A stretch of 16,221 nt of DNA. It comes from an uncultured bacterium. GTDB taxonomy: Bacteria > CSSED10-310 > CAZUFC01. Positions 1 to 7,300 of this stretch are shown piece after piece. Under the pieces are notes generated by a model that saw only the letters and a program-made list of their open reading frames with translations, did no database searches and had not been told where the DNA came from. The position numbers were made by a program, and so were the translations under genes. Numbering within the stretch: the first letter of the stretch is position 1; each line of letters opens with the position of its first letter. The DNA is taken from NCBI GenBank assembly GCA_964619725.1, contig CAZUFC010000113.1:9355-25575 (forward strand), in the 5' to 3' direction.

Positions 1-203
1 CGGGATATGGATCGGTAATGTATCGGGATCGGGGTCGATATCGGTAATCGGGATCGGGTCTGTATCGGTAATCGGGATCGGGGTCGGTAATAGGTATCGG
101 TATCGGGGTCGGTAATCGGGATATGGATCGGTAATGTATCGGGATCGGGGTCGATATCGGTAATCGGGATCAGGTTGGTATCGGTAATCGGGATCGGGGT
201 CGG
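1..203. repeat. Higher-order direct duplication inside the array: 1-87 repeated at 117-203
   Basis: 87-nt copies, 116 nt apart, identical except for 3 mismatches (GGGTCT at 56-61 vs AGGTTG at 172-177). Confidence 0.88.
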
Positions 204-287
204 AATCGGAATCGGGTTCGGGATCGGGATCGGGGTCGGGGTCGGAATCGGGGTCGGAGTCGGTAATCGCAATCGCTATCGCTATCG
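1..287. repeat. Degenerate short-unit tandem array (6-7 nt units ATCGGG / GTCGGG / ATCGGA / AATCGGT, ending in ATCGCA/ATCGCT), probably truncated by the window edge
   Basis: Continuous TCGG-core units from base 1, switching to ATCGCAATCGCTATCGCTATCG at ~266-287. The mix of 6- and 7-nt units breaks any steady coding periodicity, and I see no credible start/RBS. Confidence 0.9.
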
Positions 288-342
288 AAACGGTATGATG
301 GGATTTCTGTAGAATTACATCCTCCGAAGACGCATTTTTGAT
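272..342. repeat. Dispersed repeat, copy 1 (tail adjoining the hexamer array)
   Basis: 295-342 aligns to 16033-16081 with 37/49 identical columns by hand, including an exact 16-mer AAGACGCATTTTTGAT (327-342). Both copies are preceded by ATCGCTA. Confidence 0.7.
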
Positions 343-349
343 CAGCGCC

Positions 350-1735
350 CTACTTTGCGATTCTGTCGGCTGCATCGTATCCCATGCGCATTACCACGTG
401 GGAATTGGCGTAGTTGAAGGCGCCGAGCCTGCCTATGGATTGAATGTTTCCTGTTTTTTTCAGGTAATCGAAAATCTTTTTCAGCGCTTCATTATAATTT
501 AGGAGATACATGGGATAGGCGTCAGCCAGTCTGTAGACGTGACATTCAATCGCTTCCTGTTTTTTGATCATTCCTTCTCTTTCCAGTTCATTCAGGACTG
601 TATCACGGGCCAGTTCATCGTTTTTCCAGAATTCATCCTGGCTGTCGCAGGATATTTCAGCGATGAGAATAGTGGCGTTTTCAGGACTTATTTCATGCTT
701 GAAATATCCCAGATCGGTAATCCTGTTAAAGGATAAATTGCGGAAATACATGAAAGAGGAGGGCAGGACCTGTTTTCGGGGGACCAGGATGCCGACGAAA
801 ACGACAGACCTGAACTTCAAACTGTCAGCAGCCTGGATAACGTCATCTTCAGGCACGGGCTGAATCATATGCACCATCCTGTTAAGCGGCAGCGTCGATA
901 TGACCGCATCGACCTGTTTGACGCATTCTACGCCCTCTTTTTCATACGCTATCGACTCGACCCTTCCTTCAGCGCCTAGGATTAATTTTTTTACTTCGGC
1001 ATTCAAAGTGATTTTTCCGCCAGAACGAAGTATTTCCTTCGCCATCCGTTCAGTAATAATCGAAAAACCTCTGCGTGTCGTGTATAATTCGCCTTCCACC
1101 TTCTCAACGTATTTTTCAGTATCGACTCCTTTCGGCCTTTTGCTTCTCAAAATTGAATGTAAAGCGCTCGCAGCCTGTATCAGGTCCAGCCGGGGAATTC
1201 TCTGGTGAGCGAAATCGGGTGAAAACTCTTTGGCTTCTATACCCCAGACGTGTTTTATGTATGTCTTAAAGAACAATTCATACAGGATTTTTCCATAATT
1301 TCGAATCAGTACGGTTTCACTGTTTTCCTGGGGCGGTTTCCGGAGGCTTCCTTTTATCCTGTGGTAGAGACAGCTTGCTGCAGCCTTGATCACTGTGGAA
1401 GCCGGCAGCTTGGAAAAAGTATCGGACACGGAAAGGGGAAAATCGTATAAGGCATCCAGGAATTTAATTTTTATCGTTCGTTGAAAAGGCAGAAGTGAAT
1501 CTCCGGCGATTTTTTTAACGTCATGCAGTATTTCCGTATCAGCGGAATGAAAAATATGCGGTCCGTAATCGAATAAGTTGTCTTTTATGAAAACTCCGGA
1601 AGCCATTCCTCCGACACGCGATGAACTTTCGATGACTTCGACGTCGATTCCTTTGTTCGCCAGACGCCAGGCAGCGCTCAATCCCGCACAACCGGCTCCC
1701 AAAACAACCGTTTTTTGGGCGCTATTTCGCTTCAC
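350..1735 (-). CDS. FAD-dependent oxidoreductase, protoporphyrinogen oxidase (HemY)-like / UDP-galactopyranose mutase-like family as found in glycan biosynthesis clusters
   Basis: 461 aa. N-terminal dinucleotide-binding motif VVLGAGCAGLSAAWRL, then E..SRVGGMA, FDYGPHIFHS, AYPMY and C-terminal SIGRLGAFNY.NSH. GTG start with GAAGGAG RBS (complement of 1744-1750). Confidence 0.85.
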   Translation of the reverse strand: MKRNSAQKTVVLGAGCAGLSAAWRLANKGIDVEVIESSSRVGGMASGVFIKDNLFDYGPHIFHSADTEILHDVKKIAGDSLLPFQRTIKIKFLDALYDFPLSVSDTFSKLPASTVIKAAASCLYHRIKGSLRKPPQENSETVLIRNYGKILYELFFKTYIKHVWGIEAKEFSPDFAHQRIPRLDLIQAASALHSILRSKRPKGVDTEKYVEKVEGELYTTRRGFSIITERMAKEILRSGGKITLNAEVKKLILGAEGRVESIAYEKEGVECVKQVDAVISTLPLNRMVHMIQPVPEDDVIQAADSLKFRSVVFVGILVPRKQVLPSSFMYFRNLSFNRITDLGYFKHEISPENATILIAEISCDSQDEFWKNDELARDTVLNELEREGMIKKQEAIECHVYRLADAYPMYLLNYNEALKKIFDYLKKTGNIQSIGRLGAFNYANSHVVMRMGYDAADRIAK

Positions 1736-2054
1736 CCGGACCGCTCCTTCCCTGTGGCATTACAAGCGCGGTTAAGCCGTAACCGGAAGTAATTTCAGAA
1801 CTCCTGATAAGGACAACCTAACATATTGAATTGAAATGACTTTTTTACACTGAGTCTTGGCATACTATTTGTTCAGTTTTTAGCCCCCCCTATATCCGGC
1901 AGAAGAGCGTTGATTTCATCGAAATTCATTGCGAGCCATTCAATCAGAAAAGAATATCAGAGATTATTTAATGATGTAGAACAACTTACATTTTCGATTA
2001 AATCAACGGACCCGCGAGCGGGGGGACTTTGTTTTACTTGATTTTTTTTGATCG

Positions 2055-2084
2055 ATTGTAGTTTTTTCGTCAAACATTTCACAA
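2055..2084 (-). promoter_or_regulatory. Possible sigma70-type promoter in the 411-bp gap upstream of the oxidoreductase
   Basis: Minus strand TTGTGA-N18-TACAAT. The region is AT-rich, so a chance match is possible. Confidence 0.3.
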
Positions 2085-2146
2085 TTTTTTATCAGCCAAT
2101 GTCAGGATGTGTGAATATTCATACTTTTTTCGGTTGTTTGCCGGCT

Positions 2147-3259
2147 TCAGCAATACAGCCGGCCGAATTTTTTTATACGAGTGATGACTTTACCGACGTC
2201 CGATTCCGATAGATTAGGGTGAAGCGGGATGTTAAGCGCGCCTTTGTTCAGCTCTTCGCAATTTTTCAATTTCGCTTCTGATTCGTAAATCTTGTTCAGA
2301 TGCAGGGGATGATATCTCAGACTGGTGTAGATGCCTTCATTCAGAAGATATTTGGCCAGGTCGTCTCTTTTGTCGTTATTTAAGCGTATGAAATAAGTGA
2401 AGTAGGAGTGCCGTTCATTATCTGCGGGGCCGGGAGGGGTTTTGAGCCAGACTTCTGAGGATAATTCCCGGTCGTAAGTTTCCCACATCTTTTTTCTGGA
2501 GCTTTGAAAGCGGTCCAGCTTTTTCAGTTGCGCCAGTCCAATTGAGGCGCAGATATCATTAGGAATAATCTTTGGAAAAAAAAGATCGATTCTGTGTTCC
2601 CACCAGCGTTCTTTTTCTTTGGAGGTATCGAAGCCTGATTTAGCTATGCCGCAATACCGGCTGTTCCGGGCTTGTTTTAAGACGCCTGGATTCCTTGAAG
2701 CTATGCCTCCGCCCTCAGCGGTCGTAAGATTTTTAACAGCATCGAAACTGAAGATGCCGATATGTCCAATCGTACCGCAATATTTTTCCTCAATTTTTGA
2801 ATCCACAGCGTGCGCAGCGTCTTCAATGACGGGAAAACCGAGATTTAAAATGGGTTCCATATCGACAGGTTTGCCGGCGTAATGTACGACCATAACCGCG
2901 CCGGTTTTTTTCGTAATGAACGGCTCGACATCTTGCGCCCGAACATTGCAGCTTTCCAGGTCCACATCGCAGAATACCGGTTTCAGGTTATTCAGCATGA
3001 CTGCGTGAGCGCAGGAAACCCAGGTAAAAGAGGGCAAGATGAGTTCGCTGCCGGCGTGGAAATAGAGGAGTTTTACCGCCAGGAGCAGAGCGTTCGAGCC
3101 GCTGTTGACCATGACGAAATCGCTGCATCCAATTCTCGCTGCAAAACGCTCTTCAAATAACCGGCATTTCGGGCCAATGCCCAACCATTGAGCATCAAAA
3201 CTGCTCCTTATTTCATCCAGTTCTTCCTGTCCTACGGTCGATCCGAATAAAGGGATCAT
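2147..3259 (-). CDS. DegT/DnrJ/EryC1/StrS family PLP-dependent nucleotide-sugar aminotransferase
   Basis: 370 aa with family motifs GPK...FEERFA, VNSGSNAL, LPSFTWVS, PVFCDVD, VVHYAG, IEDAAHA (PLP Asp), FSFDAVKNLTTAEGG (Schiff-base Lys) and LNIPLHPNL. Its ATG overlaps the GNAT stop (ATGA, 3256-3259). Confidence 0.95.
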   Translation of the reverse strand: MIPLFGSTVGQEELDEIRSSFDAQWLGIGPKCRLFEERFAARIGCSDFVMVNSGSNALLLAVKLLYFHAGSELILPSFTWVSCAHAVMLNNLKPVFCDVDLESCNVRAQDVEPFITKKTGAVMVVHYAGKPVDMEPILNLGFPVIEDAAHAVDSKIEEKYCGTIGHIGIFSFDAVKNLTTAEGGGIASRNPGVLKQARNSRYCGIAKSGFDTSKEKERWWEHRIDLFFPKIIPNDICASIGLAQLKKLDRFQSSRKKMWETYDRELSSEVWLKTPPGPADNERHSYFTYFIRLNNDKRDDLAKYLLNEGIYTSLRYHPLHLNKIYESEAKLKNCEELNKGALNIPLHPNLSESDVGKVITRIKKFGRLYC

Positions 3260-3801
3260 GTTTCCGTCTCTTTTTCGGTCACTTCTATTAACTCTGAATT
3301 CACATCCGTTCCGGCAAATTCCATGAGGTAAGCATCCTTCATGATGCCTGCGGTTACGAAACCGTTCTTTTCATACCAGCGCCTGGCTTTCATATTCGTC
3401 TTCAACACTTTTAAGTAAATCCTATCGTCGCCCGCCTTCCTCATATGACTGCACATCATCTTCAAAGCTTTGCCCATCAGTCCGCTACCGGAATACTCTT
3501 TCCTTCCCAGAATCACATTGTAGACATCAAACCCGCCGGCTTTCCTGCGATATCCCATGCAACCTATCGGCAGCCCTTCATATTCAATTATAAACATTAA
3601 ATTATCCCTGTCCAGAAAATAGCTTTTCATCCACTCCTTCTGTTCCTGCTTTTTGATGATTTTACGGTGAAAAAAATATTGCCTGTGAGCGTTTTTCCAT
3701 CGTCTGAGAATTTCGCTGTCTTCCTGACACACTGTTCTTAAAGTAATTCTATAGTTTTCGTCTTTCGGTTTTAATATGGTGTTTTTTGAGTTCAGCGGCA
3801 T
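3256..3801 (-). CDS. GNAT family N-acetyl/acyltransferase (PseH/RimJ-like), probably acylating the amino sugar
   Basis: 181 aa: LR.V..ED.E.LRRWKN, acyl-CoA loop EYSGSGLMGKAL, and LKVLKTNMKARRWYEKNGF. Translationally coupled to the aminotransferase. The start codon is uncertain because no clear RBS is visible. Confidence 0.88.
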   Translation of the reverse strand: MPLNSKNTILKPKDENYRITLRTVCQEDSEILRRWKNAHRQYFFHRKIIKKQEQKEWMKSYFLDRDNLMFIIEYEGLPIGCMGYRRKAGGFDVYNVILGRKEYSGSGLMGKALKMMCSHMRKAGDDRIYLKVLKTNMKARRWYEKNGFVTAGIMKDAYLMEFAGTDVNSELIEVTEKETET

Positions 3802-3870
3802 TTTTCAGAAATGTTTGCAGGTTAGAACTGCGGTTTCCATAAGGAACAGCGGGATTTCATCCCTTTGCAG

Positions 3871-3900
3871 ATGCTAGCGCATATGGATTGAAAAAGTAAA
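3871..3900 (-). promoter_or_regulatory. Possible sigma70-type promoter for the GNAT-aminotransferase pair
   Basis: Minus strand TTTACT-N18-TAGCAT, about 70 nt upstream of the GNAT start. Confidence 0.3.
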
Positions 3901-4088
3901 GCGAGAGAGTTACCTGAGCGGTGTTCGGCAATGATCGAACAGCGGCTTCAAATTCGTGCCGGATGTTGCGGCTGTGTTTTTATGTGACTTAAATTTGACT
4001 TGGATGAGAAATATCATTAGTGGTGTAAAGGGGAAAGGACGTTCGACGGCGATTTCTTTTCGATTAATTTGAGAGGTAAAGCGAATTA

Positions 4089-4260
4089 ACGGCGAAGTTG
4101 CGGGGTTTGCGTAATTCTGCCGTATGAAGGGAGCGAAGGGTCGCAGCGTTCGGGCGGCCGGCGACGGCTGCGCCTTTGAATGTAGAGAGCGTCACCCGAT
4201 GAACGACGGCGGATACGACCGAACGTCAACACCATTGTTGATTTGAAAATTGGATTTTCA
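4089..4260 (+). other. Cluster of inverted repeats/hairpins upstream of the C39-like peptidase gene
   Basis: Imperfect stems at 4089-4123 (13 pairs) and 4136-4177 (11 outer pairs). Perfect inverted repeats TCAACA-N4-TGTTGA (4226-4241) and TGAAAAT-N3-ATTTTCA (4244-4260). Confidence 0.5.
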
Positions 4261-4306
4261 TTTAATGTTAGACGGGATGAAGGGGTTTCAAAGAGGAGAT
4301 TTGCTG

Positions 4307-7300
4307 ATGAGAAAATTTTTAAAGCAATGCTCAGCATTTTTGATAATATTTTTTATAGCATCAAGGGGAATAACATCGGCTGCACCGGAGAATTACGCAG
4401 AGTTTTTCAAATGGTTGCAGCAGGCTTCTGCGGAGAATGAGGATATGACGGGCGGAGCGAGTTCCTGGGCAGACGGGGAGTTAAGGCCCGGCATAACGGT
4501 TTACGGGTATCCGCCTGCAGGGCCGTTATATCATGTGTATTGCGTGGAGGTGGGCGGCGAGATAACCGGTTTAATGGGAGTAGATGCTGAAACCCTGGAT
4601 TGGCAATGGTATAATTCGAAGTACAGAGGAAAAAAGTATCCAGCGGTGAGTCGAAGGGAAGCCGGGCTCATGGCGAGAAGCATACTTGAGGAGATGGATA
4701 TTGATGAGCCGTTTGATGCAATGAGAGTCGTGACGATGCCGGACAGGCATCTATACTGGTATGTTGGAAAAGAGGCATCGAGCGGTGAGATGGAATATGA
4801 GATTTTCATCAACGTTGACGATGCTGACGGCACGGCGACCCATGCAACAAAAGAAGCAAAGGGATTAATGATGTCGCTGGATTTCGGCGAGGAGGCGGTT
4901 GAGTATGAAGCCAGCGGGCGAGCAGGAAACGACCGGAAAACTGATGATTTTTTGTATCCGGACGAATATAATCTGATGGTTCCGTTTTATTATCAGATCA
5001 CGTCGTGGTATTGCGGGGAGGCGAGCCTTGAGATGGTTTTCGATTATTACGGTCCGGACATCGGGCAGCATGACATCGGCGATGTGGCGAATGAACATTA
5101 CTCTTACGGAACATATGCTTCCGATTGCAAGAGGGCGGCTCATTTCAGCGACATGAGCACGGCCATCCAGGACCCTAACCTGCAGGGATACGACGAAAGA
5201 GCCGTGGGATATGCGGCGCCGCATGCGCAGTGGAATAATCCGGCGATTTATGATTATCGTTATTCGGACATAAAGACCTATATTTTCACGGGCTATCCTT
5301 TTTTCGTATTGACGCATTATGATTCGGGTCATAATTCCGGACATTTTCGCGTGGTGAAGGGATATTCGGACATAAGCGATGTATTTCTTGTTCATGATCC
5401 CTGGTATACTTCGCCTTATTCGGGGCCTGACGTCAATTTCAATCAGACGTTTTTCGTCGATAACCTGTGGACGCGATATTCCCGTTGGGGACTTCTGATA
5501 ATACCGTGGGAAGGCGAGATATCGGCGCCGGAAAATTTACCGTTGGGGGGATTGTTTACGGTTGAGGTTGAAGTGACATATCCGGGACCGCATGACCTGG
5601 AAAACATGGATGCAGTAACCTCGTCGCAGGCGACGATAGAGTTGCCGGCGGGATACAGCCTCTATTCGGGAAATCAGACGCAATTTTTACCTGACATCCA
5701 GGAGACTTCGGACACAGATACGGTGCAGTGGATTGTTCAGGCTCCCGCATACAATTCAGGCCCGGATGAAATAGTCGTAACATTTCAGGGAGTGGTGACG
5801 GGAGACTCCTGGTCCTATCCAAACTACACGGACCGTATCGGGGGTGAAACGAGTCACACGGTAACGACAAGCGGCATAGAAACCTGGACGCCGACATTGA
5901 CGCCGACAGTAACTCCGACAGCGACTCTGACGCCGACTCCGACCAGTTCGCCCACCGTAACGTCGACGCCGACCAGGACGCCGACAGTCACCTTATCGCC
6001 GACTTCATCTCCTACGTCAACGCCTACTTTGTCGCCTACGCCCACTTTTTCTCCCACGAGTACGCCGACGATACCATATCACGACGTGGCAGCAGTCTGC
6101 ATCGAGACGGACCCGAGCGACAGGATGTTTTCCGGGGAAAGGCCGAGAGAGCAGGGCGACGTATATCTTCCCCGCGTCTGGGTGCAAAACCTGGGCAATT
6201 GCCTGGAATACGTGACGGTTAACGTGACTGATACGGCAAGCGGATACTCAACGACCAATTCTATTCCTCATATACTGCTTCCGGGCGACTGCGTTCCCGT
6301 TCTGCCGGATGACGTGTGGAACGCGCCGTCATGCTGCGGCGGTTATCAGTTCACGGCGAACGCCATGATCGACTACGACGAAAATCCATCCAATAATTTT
6401 ACCGGACCAAAATATATGGAAGTTCCTGAAACTCCTCTGGATGAACTTTACTGCGACGACGGGACTCCGGCAAACTTCGTGGGTTACCTCAATGATGAAA
6501 CGTATGCTCTGGCGAATGAATTTACACCCGACGAGTATCCCTGCTACATCGATTATGTGCGCGTTTACATGAGGAACGATCCGGATTCAGAAACCTTTAA
6601 TCCCTTCTGGATAAGAATATGGCCGGAAGACCCTGATAATCCGGGATATCCTGACGATACGCCTATTTTTTCGGATCGGTGCATGTGGAACAGGGACCCG
6701 ATTGATGCTCAGGGCTGGTCTTATGCCGTTCCGCCTTGCGATGCGGGTAAACTGACGATATCATCCGGAAAATTCTGGGTAGGAACAACCGATCTGGATA
6801 ATTGTGCTGGCCCGGGTGTTGACATGATTGCAACGGATGCGGAGCGTGATTATGCCGGCAATTGGGTGAAAAGCGGGGAAACCTGGATCAATAATCCTTT
6901 ATTCTGGGACCAGGAAGGTTACGGCGATATGATGATCCGGGCCGACGTCAGCTATGTGATGGAACCGCCGGCCAACGACGACTGCGAGGACGCTTTCGTA
7001 ATAACGGAAAATGACTATTCCGCAAGCATCAATACCGTCCTGGCGACCACGATGCCTTCCGATCCCGTTCCATCATGCGGCGGCAATTCCAACGCCAAAA
7101 GCGTATGGTGGAAATATACTCCGGAAACCTGCGGCGTAATATCCGCTGACGTTTGCGATTCAGCGTATCCGACGATCCTTTCCGTATGGACCGGCTCATG
7201 CGAAGATATGACTGAAATCGCGTGCAATGATTATAACGACTACATCTGCGGCATGGAAAACACGCGTTCTGCCGTCGATTTGCTGCCTGTTTCCGCGGGG

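Noticed and set aside
1-287. CRISPR array
   Set aside because: No constant 23-47 nt repeat separated by unique spacers; the whole tract is low-complexity hexamers, and there are no cas genes in the window.
315-335. Minus-strand mini-ORF MRLRRM (and a 28-codon counterpart starting at 16074) in the dispersed element
   Set aside because: Only ATG CGT CTT is shared, the lengths differ, and neither has a well-placed RBS.
350-1735. Assigning hemY or glf as the gene symbol
   Set aside because: Only family-level FAD motifs are visible. The glycan context argues against heme synthesis, and Glf-specific residues cannot be confirmed by eye.
1857-1873. Sigma54-like TTGGCATACTATTTGTT on the + strand
   Set aside because: It has GT instead of the conserved -12 GC and points antisense into the aminotransferase 3' end.
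539-3160. Plus-strand short ORFs opposite the oxidoreductase and aminotransferase
   Set aside because: Antisense shadows of well-supported genes, with no recognisable motifs.
4086-4440. ORFs 4086-4337 (-) and 4243-4440 (+), and the 4250 TTG start of the large ORF
   Set aside because: The short ORFs overlap the real gene start and have no motifs. The RBS and signal peptide support ATG 4307.
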